A program made the translations under genes and the position numbers. Below, piece after piece: positions 1-11,250 of a stretch of DNA of 64,000 nt; the first letter of the stretch is position 1; every line of letters starts with the position of its first letter. The notes beneath the pieces are model-generated. The model was not told the DNA's origin and did no database searches. It was given only the letters and a program-made list of their open reading frames with translations. Origin of the DNA: a virus; the IMG/VR virus record IMGVR_UViG_3300045988_171725, positions 64,001 to 128,000 of that record. One strand, 5' to 3'.

Positions 1-666
1 TATATAACGGTTTCTTATAGCGATGGGACTTCTCAGGATATATATATCGAGGAATATCAGGCGCCGTCGACTCCTACTTTCGCGGGTGGAATTTATTTTT
101 CAACAGATAGGAGTAAATATCCGACGCCATCAAATTACGACTATATGATGTCATTGGAGGCAGCAGGAATATTACAAGACGGGAACCTTTTTATATCTGA
201 TTCTGATCTCGATTCTTTCCAAAGCCTGATGAATTCAATGGCAACAGATTATAGAAGAGCGATTATATACCCACCAGAAGAAAGCAGTTTATTGACAGAC
301 TGTCTTGGCGGCCCCGCATTTTCTAGCGTTTGGACGAATTTAGCAAATAACGAAAATAATGCCCTCATACTTGGGTTAAATATCAGTCAGGACATTTGTT
401 ATTACGGAAGGATTGAAGAAAAGGCTCTTGAGGGTTTTCATCCTATGGAAGGGGTTTCAAATTATAATGTTTTGAAAGATATACCGATTTTATTTTTTGG
501 ATTAAGAGAAGGATTGTCCGCTTCGATGTTCGAAACAATCAGGAAAACCCAGAAAGGTATAACGATTTTTGGAGGCTGGGCTTATAGCATGGTTGCTTCT
601 AAAATTTATGGGAGCACGGATTATACGGCGCTGGTAACTTGGGATAAAACTCCGATTTCGATATAA
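1..666 (+). CDS. hypothetical virion-module protein, 5'-truncated by the window edge
   Basis: Frame 1 is open from nt 1 (YITVSYSDGTSQ...) into the listed 145..666 ORF with no upstream stop, so the gene starts before the window. It lies in the tail block. Confidence 0.5.
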   Translation, partial: YITVSYSDGTSQDIYIEEYQAPSTPTFAGGIYFSTDRSKYPTPSNYDYMMSLEAAGILQDGNLFISDSDLDSFQSLMNSMATDYRRAIIYPPEESSLLTDCLGGPAFSSVWTNLANNENNALILGLNISQDICYYGRIEEKALEGFHPMEGVSNYNVLKDIPILFFGLREGLSASMFETIRKTQKGITIFGGWAYSMVASKIYGSTDYTALVTWDKTPISI

Positions 667-692
667 ATTATTTACAATAATGGAGGTACAAT

Positions 693-1020
693 ATGATTTC
701 AGTAAAAACATTTTACGCTTATGGTAAAGAAAAGCCAATTACAGGCGAGAGTTCTGTTATTTTTTAACAATTCTGCGGAAACCTTCACTATGCAAGTTGA
801 CGAACTAGCGGGTAGTGTTGAGTTATATGGTACCGCAGATTTCGATTCAAATATTTTTTACAAACTCACGGGCAATAGCTCGTCTTTTGAGTTAGTAAAC
901 AAAATCACAACCGACGGGATTTATCACTTCTCAATCGAAGGCATTGCGAAAATCAAATTTGAGGTCGAAAACACCAATAAAGATTTGATTGTATTTTGCC
1001 GAATGACAAAGGGGGTATAA
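693..1020 (+). CDS. small structural-module protein that needs a +1 frame change at the T6 run 760-765
   Basis: GGAGGT 682-687 plus ATG 693 opens a 24-codon frame that stops at TAA 765-767. The listed 721..1020 ORF has no RBS and is the +1 frame continuing from the same T-run. Confidence 0.35.
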
Positions 1021-1024
1021 TCTT

Positions 1025-3271
1025 ATGACGGATAAATTAGCGAGAGATTTAGCGTTAAGTGCTTTAGACAAAGTGAATAAAACTGTCGAAGGCGTTCCGA
1101 AAGATTACGTCGACGAGCATTTGTCGAAGAAGGTAGATAAAATAGAAAGTTCGTCCGCAAACCCGCGCTTATACGGGGTTAGCGAGGCGGGGTCTCAAAC
1201 TAGTTATTTCGCCACTCAAACTGCCAACGCGTACACAATTCCGATGAGAGACGCGAGCGGCAGATTTCAAGTTGAAAGCGGGTTGGCTCCGAAACAAGCT
1301 GTAAATAAAGAGCAGCTCGATGCCGCATTAGATACGGTCGCGAAGTTGGCGGAGCCAAACACTTTTACGGAACAAAATACATTTACATCGGAAGTGAAAT
1401 TTTACGGAACCGTTGAACACACGTCCAACGTGAATATAACGAACGGTTTTCTGAAAATATTAAACGGTAACGACAAAGATTATGTTACGACATATAATGT
1501 TGATAACATTAAGGTTGAGGAAAATGGAAGCGAATACACGTTGGCATTTCCAACCCAATCTGGCACATTAGCGTTAATCGACGACATCGCTGCCAAAATA
1601 GACGAAAAAATCGGTTTCAAGCATTCCGAACTCAAAAACAATGACGTTTTTGATAACGGAGTTGTGCAAAAAGAGGACGTGTGGAAAACAGAGGATACAG
1701 ATGTTTCGTTAAATATTCGTCATTCAGACAATATAAATCAGTCTGAAATAACGGTTTCGAAGGCATTTGCAGAAATAGGCGTTCAGGAAGTAACTGATTT
1801 ATCGACTTCTTCTTCTCAAATAACGTGGGACGCTAACAGCATTAACATAACAAGTACGCGCGGAGCCGATACTCTCACGACGGTTATCGTAACCCCTGAC
1901 GGCGCGACGCTCAATGGTGATAAAATCGTGACCGAGAAAACGGTTAACGCGAAAGTTGCGCGTATTCCAGAAGGTGTCGAATTAACTGACCCCGAAGGCG
2001 CAATGCAGGGTAATTTGACGGCGGAGCAGCTGGAAAAGTTACAATTCAACAAAGCGAATTATATCCTTTTCGCAGGGAAGAAATATGATTTGCGGAATGA
2101 GCGTTCACAACAAGATTCGTTATCTTACGTTTACAACGATTATTTGAACAGTCGTTGTATTCAAGACGTTATAACGATCACGGTTTCGACTCGTTCGTGG
2201 GTACGCAACTCGTGCACGTTGGTAACAAACAAAGATTATGGAGATGGTACCGCTGGCGCGGTGTCGATAAAGAAAGACTTTTCTGGCGGGTTACAATTGG
2301 CGACGACAGATGGAGATTTAAGTATATATGGCGCGGTTGATGCGGATATAGCTGGCAGGAATTCCAAGCGCCCAATTACGCCTATAAACCTCAACAAAGC
2401 AGTTTTAGCGGCGTTGACCGACGCGAAAAAGGTTGAACCAACCGAGCAACAAAAAACCGATTTTAAGGCAGCATGGGGAATTATCGACGCTGTAAATATT
2501 CTCGACGCGGAAATGTCCGATGATAGCACTAATGCAGTTCAGAACAAGGTTATTAAAGCAGAATTAGATAATCGTGTTAGGTGCTCAACAAACGTCCAAA
2601 GCGGGCAAGTAAAGGTCTACTGCGCGACACAGAATAACCCAAACGATGTTTGTTTGGTTTCGAGTTCTGGAGTACAAAACTCGATTGCTCGATATACGTC
2701 GACGGGGCAGCTCGCTGTCGGGAGAGAGCCGAGCGGCGATATGGAAATCGCTAACAAAAAATTTGTGGAAGGAATTGTTCCGAAATATGGGGCGGAACTT
2801 CCAAACCCAACCAACGACGCATACAAAATCGGGTGCTCGTTTTTAAACACGACAACTGGCGGCTTATATGTTTTGGTTGCTTCTGGAAGCGCGAGTAATC
2901 GTTCTTGGCAGTTACAAACCACGATTGAAAAGCCGAAATGGAGAAACACGCTACCACACATAAATGACACGCAGGAAATCGACGCGACAAAGGTCTTATT
3001 TACGAAAGTCACGATTACGACGATCGATAGTACAAACTTTCCTGGAATGAGCGGAAAATCTGTAACAATCCAAGGGCTGAGTTCTGACGGGTTCGCGGCT
3101 GGCACGATTGTGTGTGACGAGACGACGGGCGGTATACAGTATAGCCTGTGTTTTATTGGCTCAATAACTTCGAGCAGGGCGTCTGGGGTTTTAATAAAAG
3201 GCTCTAACGCGGTCGCAGTTATAAGTGTTGATAATCCCGAAGTTTCTTTTGCTTACGAGTATTTGTGGTGA
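1025..3271 (+). CDS. tail fiber / receptor-binding-type protein (748 aa)
   Basis: Long Thr/Ser/Asn/Gly-rich ORF with an RBS (AAGGGGG) in the tail block. Assigned from size, composition and position only. Confidence 0.4.
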   Translation: MTDKLARDLALSALDKVNKTVEGVPKDYVDEHLSKKVDKIESSSANPRLYGVSEAGSQTSYFATQTANAYTIPMRDASGRFQVESGLAPKQAVNKEQLDAALDTVAKLAEPNTFTEQNTFTSEVKFYGTVEHTSNVNITNGFLKILNGNDKDYVTTYNVDNIKVEENGSEYTLAFPTQSGTLALIDDIAAKIDEKIGFKHSELKNNDVFDNGVVQKEDVWKTEDTDVSLNIRHSDNINQSEITVSKAFAEIGVQEVTDLSTSSSQITWDANSINITSTRGADTLTTVIVTPDGATLNGDKIVTEKTVNAKVARIPEGVELTDPEGAMQGNLTAEQLEKLQFNKANYILFAGKKYDLRNERSQQDSLSYVYNDYLNSRCIQDVITITVSTRSWVRNSCTLVTNKDYGDGTAGAVSIKKDFSGGLQLATTDGDLSIYGAVDADIAGRNSKRPITPINLNKAVLAALTDAKKVEPTEQQKTDFKAAWGIIDAVNILDAEMSDDSTNAVQNKVIKAELDNRVRCSTNVQSGQVKVYCATQNNPNDVCLVSSSGVQNSIARYTSTGQLAVGREPSGDMEIANKKFVEGIVPKYGAELPNPTNDAYKIGCSFLNTTTGGLYVLVASGSASNRSWQLQTTIEKPKWRNTLPHINDTQEIDATKVLFTKVTITTIDSTNFPGMSGKSVTIQGLSSDGFAAGTIVCDETTGGIQYSLCFIGSITSSRASGVLIKGSNAVAVISVDNPEVSFAYEYLW

Positions 3272-3326
3272 GATAAAACCCTCGTTTTATTACAAGGAGA
3301 AATTTTAGGATATTTTTTAGGTAAAA

Positions 3327-3373
3327 TTAGAGACTTCGCTACGCGCGAGGTCTCTAATTTACTATATTTTTTT
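3327..3373 (+). terminator. candidate intrinsic terminator after the fiber gene
   Basis: 8-bp stem TTAGAGAC/GTCTCTAA (3327-3334/3350-3357) around a GC-rich interior. The T-run 3367-3373 sits about 10 nt downstream, which is far. Confidence 0.3.
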
Positions 3374-3415
3374 GGAATTTGGGAAATAAAAAAACAACAA
3401 GGAGGCACGGAATTT

Positions 3416-3910
3416 ATGGATATAAAACAGACGTTGATACAGGCGTTGAAAAAAGATGTAAAAATAGACTTAGAACGGAAATTAGAAAAAGTGCGAATTC
3501 CGTGCATGAATTATTTGAAAGAAAACGCTCTAAGGATTTTTAAAGAGAAAATAACAGAAGTTTATAAAATAAACTCTGATAGAATACAAGTAATAGATTT
3601 ACCACTGTTTTTAAAAGCAGTAAAAATTATAGATAGAGGCTCATGGGGATTTACTATAAAAACAGAAGAAGACGAATTAGATTTTAAAACAAAATCAGGT
3701 GAGCCGATTTATCAATATACAGACGCTGGACGTTCTTATGTCGACGGGATGGGTAAAGAAGTTCATAATTTAGATGAATATTGGCATTCGCCGATAAATG
3801 GAAGACGTGAATATGAATATTATAAAAATGAAGCTATAAACGATATACAGGATTTTATAAATACTAAATTTATTTTATATGTTCAGAATAAATTAAACGG
3901 AGGTAAGTGA
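3416..3910 (+). CDS. hypothetical protein just upstream of the tape measure gene
   Basis: AAGGAGG RBS plus ATG. The stop abuts the TMP start. No motif recognised. Confidence 0.5.
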   Translation: MDIKQTLIQALKKDVKIDLERKLEKVRIPCMNYLKENALRIFKEKITEVYKINSDRIQVIDLPLFLKAVKIIDRGSWGFTIKTEEDELDFKTKSGEPIYQYTDAGRSYVDGMGKEVHNLDEYWHSPINGRREYEYYKNEAINDIQDFINTKFILYVQNKLNGGK

Positions 3911-3911
3911 T

Positions 3912-6900
3912 ATGGATTTTAATAAAAACATAGGTGATATAGTTTATCATAAAAATTTTGGAAAGGGAAAAGTTACTAAAATTGACAGAGATGGTGACAG
4001 TTTGTCGATTGAGGTTTCTTTTGAAGAAGCTGGAAAACGTAAATCTTCAGGATTAGGTGTTATACCAAAAACTGCGCAATTTAGAGGCGTTGATTTTCAA
4101 TCTTTTTTTTCAGATACAAAAGCCAAAACAAAATCTTTATCGGGAGAAATAAGTAAAAATCGTGTAGTTGATACAACGTCTTATAAAGGTTATAGTTTTG
4201 AAAAATTACCAGAAAGTGATTTAAAGGCAATTCAGGAAGCCGTGAGAACTGGCGTTATAAAAGGCGTAGAAGATTTAAAAAAAATGTTACCAGCGGGCAG
4301 AACTATACCTTTGGAATATTTAAAATTATTAGAGGGTAAAAGCCCGACTGGCGAAAGATTACATGAGTATCAGGAAAGTGGCAAAACCGCAGAATTATAT
4401 AAAGATATTTTTAAGGGTATAAAAACAATAAGTATAACGCAGGGTAGTAAAATTCTTTTTGGTGATGATTATGCGGACGAGAATCAACTTAATAAATATC
4501 AAGAAGAAATCAACAAAAAAATTGCCGAAGTTAATAAAAAAATAGAAAGTGCTGATATAAAAACAAGAGCGATTTTAAATGATCGAAAAGCAGAGTTAGA
4601 AGAATCTAATAGAGAGTTACAGCGGCAAAGAAAACAAGCAAAAGATCAATATTCTGCTAAAGGTGGCACAGTCTTTCATAGCTTTGTCGAGATGTTGGCA
4701 CTTAATAAACTCCCGAAACTTAAAGAGGCTCTTTATTCTGGGGATAAAGAGCTCGCAGAGAATTTAATCAGAAATTACTTTTCAAAAGGTGCCACCGCCC
4801 AAACTTTAATAAAAGATAGCTCGACTAATTTTTCGGAATCGGATTCTGAAATTTTAGATGAATTTTTAAGTAAAATTAAAGATTTTGTTAATGTTGGTGG
4901 CGGAAGCGGCAGCTTCGCAACTGGTTTACAAAATTATGTAAACTTTTTAAAAGATAATAACATCACTTTAACCGATGCTGTTGAAAAAAGTATTGGCTTT
5001 GTCACGAACATCAATGATGAGTTGGTTAAATTTGTCGGAACGGTAGATGCGCTGTTCAGCGGATATCTTTTAGATCTAAAAACTGGTTCTATGCACCCAA
5101 ATGCAATTGCTTGGCAAGTTAATATGGGCAATTTCATACAGACAATGCTTGGCGGAGAGCCTGCGAAACATTTAGGGGCTTTCAACCCTGGCATGTATGG
5201 TAAAAGGGCAGGATATTTACCAGTTGAACAAATACCGTTGGAAACAATGAAAAAACTTATTGTTCAGGCGGCTATGGGAGAAAGAACCGACATTGATTTA
5301 ACCAAGTATGTAAAAGGAAGCGTTAGCACAGGCGTTGTAAAAAGAAGAGGCGAAGAGAAACAAGCTACCTTTATTAATAGTAAAGAAATGTATACTGGTG
5401 GTTACGGAGCAGAAAAACCAGAGTTACAAAAAGACATAGACAAACTAAATCGCGAAGCTAAAGAATTAGTCGAAAGCATAAAAACACTAAAAGGCGACGA
5501 TCTTGAACATATTTTAAATCAGATATATAGCACTAAAGATTATTCGCAAGGCGGAATTGAAAGTAATAAGTTTTATCGTCATGGATATTTCTGGGATCTC
5601 GTTCGCAGTATGTTGCCGTATGATATTTCTACTGTTTTAAATTATGCGATGAACGAGGGTGCAGCAATCCCTGCTACTAAGGGCGTTGGAACAAAAACAT
5701 ATAGAATAGAACAAGGCGAAGACGAACCGATTGCTGAAATAGATGTTCCAACTGTTTTAGGTATAAGTTTAAAGCAGTGGGCAAAATTGGCCAACATACT
5801 GTCTGAACTTCCTGATGGCGCAAATAAGGTGAAAAGACTTGCCGAATTGTTTGAAAAAGAATTCAAAAGTTTTAGTGTAGATGAACAAAGAAAAGTATTA
5901 TCCTCGTTCGAAACATTAATGACTCGAGAAGAAAATTTTAATCCAGAATATATTAAATTAAAAAAGCAGCAGGAATTATTGCGTGCAAAAATTCAAAAGC
6001 CTGAATCCTTTGGTGATGTAAATGTAGAAGAACTTCAGAAGGAATTAGATAAAACAAATGAAATTGTTTCTGAAATGGAAAAGTCTGGCGAATTGAATTT
6101 TTATCAAAATTTTGAAACCGCTTGGACAGACGTTGCCGATGAAATATCATGGAATAACCGCGAACTTCTGCAAGAGAGTATGACGGATTTTAAATCTGTG
6201 AAAATAGCAAGTGAAGATGCGAGACGTGGCGATAGGGAATATATGCCAGATGTTTTCGACTTAGAAACCGATCAAGATGGGCAACGTTATTATTCTGCGA
6301 GTGAATTCGAGACAGACCCAATTAAAAGCGCGACAATGACGGCGAACAGATTAGGACGAATTTTAGATTATTCTGCAAGAATTGATAAAGCGATAGAGCC
6401 GATGGCGCAAGAAATGGGAGTTTCGGTGGTTGATTTGGCAAAAACATTATTGCGAGATTTTGCCGAACAGACTGGAAGTTCCGATTCGTTTAATCGTTAT
6501 ATTAGAAGTAAAGAGTTGGCGGAAGACTTTAAAAAGCAATTCCCAAGTTTCGAAGGCAAAATCACAAAAGATGTAAGTAATTGGATTTATGACCGTTTAG
6601 ATTCCACTATCAAAGAAGAGCGCGAAGCTTTACTTGGAGTGACTGAAAGTCAAGAAGCGGGCGAAGTCACAACTTATAAAATCGGACCAAGCGGGGAGAT
6701 GTTAGATAAACATGCAACAAAGCCTTATGCGTTATTGCAAAATATATTAGGTAGAAGACTTTATTCTACTCTTTATAAATCTACAGATTCTATTCCGATA
6801 GAAGTGCTCGATGATTTAATTAAAGGTAAATCTTTAGAGTTGACGGAAAGAGTGGGGGCGGATTTGCCAGCCTCGTCAGATCACTCGAAAGAAGCCGTAA

Positions 6901-9499
6901 AAAAACGCGAAGCGCAAATAAGAAAAATAGATGAAGAGGCTGAAGAGAGAGAGAAAAGTTGGGTTGAGCAGTTTTTAAATTACGACGAACTCTTACCCGA
7001 AGCTCAAGAGCTTTTACAAAACTATATCAACACTTATAAAGAATATAAGGCAGCCGAAAAAGAACTATCCTTTTATGGTGGCGAAAACACACCAGAACAA
7101 AAATTCGAGGAATCTGATTGGAGTTATAAAGAAAGGTTAAAAGATTGGGAAAAGGTAAAAAGAAACTTCGATGAAAAAAAGAAGCAGATGGAAGAGGTTA
7201 ATGAAAACATAAAAAAGACGTTCCCATCTGGTAGAGTCGAGGGTTATAGTTCTGAAAAAATGTCGGAATTCTTAAAAAGGCGCGCAGAAGAAGGCATTGA
7301 GCAACAAAGACAAAAAAATATCGGATATGCTGCATTGTATTCTTATAGGTTCTCTGATAAAAAGAAGGCCGAACTTACACCCGAAGAAATTAATGAATAT
7401 TTGGATTACTATTCTGAACAATTTGGAATGACCACCGATGAGTTGTTGAATCTTTATAGACAAGAAAATGTTTATATGGGATTCAACGACTTTTTAAAGA
7501 AAATTGCTCAAGGACAAGATAAACGCCTGGTTTATTTTTCACCAAAAAAAATTAAAGCAGCAACAATAAAAGGCGCAGCCGATGGTGTTACTCGGGGTGT
7601 TACTAATACGGTAGAAAATATAGATCAGAAAAGCGTTGAAGAGAATGTTGCTAAAGCCGTATCGGATTCCATAAATATTGGCGAGGTTGAACCCAAAGAA
7701 GCAAGGAAGATATTACGAGATCCTGAGACCAACACACCAATAAATTCTGACGGAACGATAAACGAAGAACAGTGGTTAAAAGAACTAGATGAGAGCTTAC
7801 AGCGTTATCCAGTAGAACTTGAAAATGAATATTTTAAAAGGTTATTCAAAGATTCGCCTGATGATTATGTCCGTTTTGAAAAAGAGGTTAAAAGAACGAA
7901 GAAAGATGGAAGAAGAAACAGAACAGATCTGCGTAAATTTTTCAAGAGTGGAAATTGTGGCGACTTTGACTACAAAGATCTTCAACACGATCTCTATAAC
8001 ATAGAAATGCGAGAGGAACTTCCAGACTATTTAAAAACAAAGGAAGAGATATCCGAAGAAGAACATGGTGTCGTAATCGAAGGTGAAAATAAGGATACAC
8101 AAAAAGAGCTCATTCAAACAACAAAAGAAGAAGTTCAAGTTAAAAAACAAGGAATCGAACAAGAAAAACAAATCCAAGAAGTTCTCGATGACAAAACAAA
8201 GGAAACCAAGAAAAATGTTGATGTCGTTGAAGAAACTGGACGAGTTGAAAAACAGAACCTTGAATTAGAAAAGCAAGTACAAGAAGCAAAAAAAAAGAAA
8301 GTTACTGCAGAAAAAGATGTCAACACCTCTTTGTCGTCCAAAACTTCGATGATACCCGATAATATTTTAAAGGTGCAAGCGACAAGTGCTGACATTTCAG
8401 ATTTATCTAGAACTAAAGCAACTTCGATTACAACTGATTACGAAGGTCACACAATTGGCAAAACTTATAAATATCTTAATGATAAGGTTTTTGCTGATTA
8501 TGGTTCTGGTGGTCTTCAGGCGTGGATCGAGAATGCTAAACAGATTGGTATTGATGCAGCTAAAGCCGAATTGATAGGGATTTTGACTAAAGTTCCATCG
8601 TATAAGAAATCATCTGGCGGTTTGAGTAAAGCTGGAAGAACTGCGTTTGATGAAATAATGACCGATGCTTTTGGCGCTTCATATCAACCGCAACAAGGAC
8701 TTGGAGCCATATTATCCGAAGTCCAAGGTATTCATAAAGATACGTCTTCGATAGATGCGAAGATGGATTATTTGTCTGGCGGCGGAGGTGGCGCCCCATC
8801 TAATAAAATGGAAGTTTCATCTGACGGTGGTGCTGGAGGCGGAGATGAAGGTGGTAAAAAACCACCGAAATCTGGCGGTAGAAAAGGCAAGAGCGATGAA
8901 GAGAAGGCACAAGCGGATACTGAAAAACGGCAGAAACAAGATATAAGGGAATATCAACAGTATATTAACAGAGTTATAAGCCTTGAATCTCAGATTGATA
9001 AGCTTCAAAGGCAAGCAACATTAAGCGGCGGTAAACACAAAGATGCTATTTATGGAACAATTGACGCGCTTAATGAAGAGCTTGGGGATCTCAATCGTAA
9101 TAACGACGCGCTCAAACAAAGGGTTGCGACCGAACAAGCAGCAACAAAAGAATCGATCGACGCAACAGCAGCTCTTAGGAAACAATCAAATGCGCAAAAG
9201 AATCTTGTAAGCGTAAAAGGCGCGACCTCTATCTGGGATATGATGGCGAACGATATTCGCCGTGCGACCATGCGTGTTGCAGACTTCGGAATTGCTGCGA
9301 AGATTTTGAACAAGATCCCGCAGGATATACAGAAGGTAATCCAGTATACGAAAGAATTGGACGCGGCGATGACGAATATTCGTGTCGTCACGGGTGCTAC
9401 GGCGGAAGAGGCTCAAACGCTCGCACAAGGATATACACAACTTGCAAAAGAATTGGGGATAACCACTGTCGAAGTTGCTAATTCGGCAAACGAGTGGGT
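3912..9499 (+). CDS. tail tape measure protein, exon 1 (about 1863 codons)
   Basis: Long coiled-coil/charged ORF. Its end (...AMTNIRVVTGATAEEAQTLAQGYTQLAKELGITTVEVANSANEWV) is the start of the TP901/TIGR01760-type TMP core. The listed ORF runs only about 10 more codons (NKCLAHYKLL) into intron sequence. Exon end is accurate to about +/-2 nt. Confidence 0.8.
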
Positions 9500-10673
9500 T
9501 AACAAATGTCTGGCTCACTATAAACTCCTTTAATTGCTGGAACCCCCTTAGAGCCATATAACTACAACATAACGATGAAATAGGCGTAAGTGTGATAGTT
9601 AAAAATATATGGATTGGGAAATCAGCAGCCAAACCTCGAACAGAGGAAGGTTCAACGAATATGTTCCACGAGTGTGGATAATGGGGAGCTCTACATAGAG
9701 AAATCTATGCGAAAGATATATTCTGAACTTCTGAGGAAACTCAGAGAAAATTCTATAAAAGGAGGTGAAATATTTGTGATAATAGAAAGTGAAGTTAAAA
9801 TGGTTATAAATCAATATAATTTTGATTATTATAAAAATCTTGGTTACGATATTCAAAAATGTGGACAACGAATTTTTGTAAAAGTTTCTGATTTACCAAA
9901 AACATCTGGGACAAAAATCCATACGATATGTGAATATTGTGGAGAAATAGTAGAAAAATCATACCGAAGGTATATAGAATCTATCGAATGTGGGAAAAAC
10001 TGTTGTTCAAAATGTTTGAAATACAAAATTCCTGAAAATGCTTTAGAAAAATACGGATGTCGTTCTACTTTAAGAATTCCAGAAATTCATGAATCGGTAA
10101 CTAAAAATAATCTTAAGAAGTATGGTTGTGAAAACCCTCTTGAATCAGCAGAAATTAGGGCTAAAGGTGTTCAGACTATGCAGAGTCGTTATGGTTGTAG
10201 TTATACCCTTCAAAGTGATGAATTACGTGAAAAGTGTAATCGGACATTATATGAAAATGGGAACGATATAACTGCGACAAGCAGACAACAAAGATATTTG
10301 TGTGATTTATACAAAGGAGAATTGAATTATCCTATTTGGATTTATCACATAGACATTTTGTTGTCGGACAACATATGTTGCGAATATGATGGAAGCGGTC
10401 ACGATCTTAGTGTTAAATTAGGTAATGAAACAAGAGAAAACTTTATTAGAAAAGAAAATAAAAGAATAACCTTTTTAACAAACCACAATTATAAGTTATT
10501 TAAAATACTTTCTAACACAGATATTTTGCCTAGTGATGAGATACTTTTAAACATAAAGAAACGGGCTTTTGAAATATTAAAAGTCCGAAATTATATGTAT
10601 TATGAGTACAATTTAGACACAAATATAGAATCTTTTAAATGATAAACTAAATTTAAAAGTAACACAATTACAG
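9500..10673 (+). mobile_element. group I intron 1 in the TMP gene (HEG located 3' of the catalytic core)
   Basis: P1 pairs AGTGGGTT 9493-9500 with GGCTCACT 9512-9519 and has terminal U-G pairs. Classical core elements are present: P AATTGCTGGAACCC 9532-9545, Q AATCAGCAGCC 9620-9630, R GTTCAACGAATATG 9650-9663, S AAGATATATTC 9713-9723 (P7 is GAATAT/ATATTC). The last base, G10673, restores the frame. Confidence 0.75.
9776..10642 (+). CDS. intron-encoded homing endonuclease candidate (Cys-rich N-terminus, KYGC...EI repeats, PD-(D/E)xK-like C-terminus)
   Basis: GGAGGTG 9761-9767 precedes GTG 9776 (alternative start ATG 9800). The part of the listed ORF upstream of this point overlaps the ribozyme core. 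The C-terminal IDILLSDNICCEYDGSGHD resembles the D...E-x-D/QH nuclease core of the ORFs at 15547 and 40006. Confidence 0.6.
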   Translation: MIIESEVKMVINQYNFDYYKNLGYDIQKCGQRIFVKVSDLPKTSGTKIHTICEYCGEIVEKSYRRYIESIECGKNCCSKCLKYKIPENALEKYGCRSTLRIPEIHESVTKNNLKKYGCENPLESAEIRAKGVQTMQSRYGCSYTLQSDELREKCNRTLYENGNDITATSRQQRYLCDLYKGELNYPIWIYHIDILLSDNICCEYDGSGHDLSVKLGNETRENFIRKENKRITFLTNHNYKLFKILSNTDILPSDEILLNIKKRAFEILKVRNYMYYEYNLDTNIESFK

Positions 10674-11250
10674 ACAAGGTTACGCAGGGGAAGAAGCCAA
10701 TCAATTGATTGTCGCTTCCTCGAAACTCGCTAAACTCGGTATGATTTCGACCACTGAGGCAACTAAAGATTTGACGAGCGCGATAAAAGGCTTTAAACTT
10801 TCGACAGAAGACGCGATGTCGGTTGTCGATAAATTGACAAAAATAGACCAAGTGGCTGCAATTTCCGCAGGAAATTTAGCGGAAGGTCTCGCGCGAGTCT
10901 CCACTACCGCTCAACAAGCAGGGCTTTCGCTCGACGAAACCGCCGCAATGGTAACTACGATTACCGAAGTTACGCAGCGTGACGCAAGCACGGCGGGTGA
11001 GGCGCTCAGAACTCTTATTTCGAGATACTCTAACGTTAAAGCGGGCGTATTCACGGATATGAGCGATAGCGCCGAAGAGACTTCGGGTAATATTAACGAT
11101 ATCGAAAAAGTATTGGGTAAGTTAGGGATTAGAATTCGTACTTCTGGAACTGAAATGAGAAGTATCGAAGATGTCCTTGACGAATTGGCTGAAAAGTGGG
11201 ATACACTTGATGATGTAAGTCGTAATGCAGTTGCGAGTGCTTTTGCTGGT
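10674..11250 (+). CDS. tail tape measure protein, exon 2 (TMP core)
   Basis: QGYAGEEANQLIVASSKLAKLGMISTTEATKDLTSAIKGFKL...STAGEALRTLISRY...NAVASAFAG is the hallmark TIGR01760 / PhageMin_Tail region. It has no start codon or RBS of its own. Exon start is accurate to about +/-2 nt. Confidence 0.8.

Noticed and set aside
9614-9775. N-terminal extensions of listed ORFs (9614.., 25468.., 27389.., 28645.., 31009.., 33424.., 34839.., 43717.., 48442.., 49678.., 51742.., 53696..)
   Set aside because: In each case an internal ATG or GTG preceded by a GGAGG-type RBS, often coupled to the upstream stop, gives a more credible start. The extensions run through ribozyme cores, promoters or the preceding gene.
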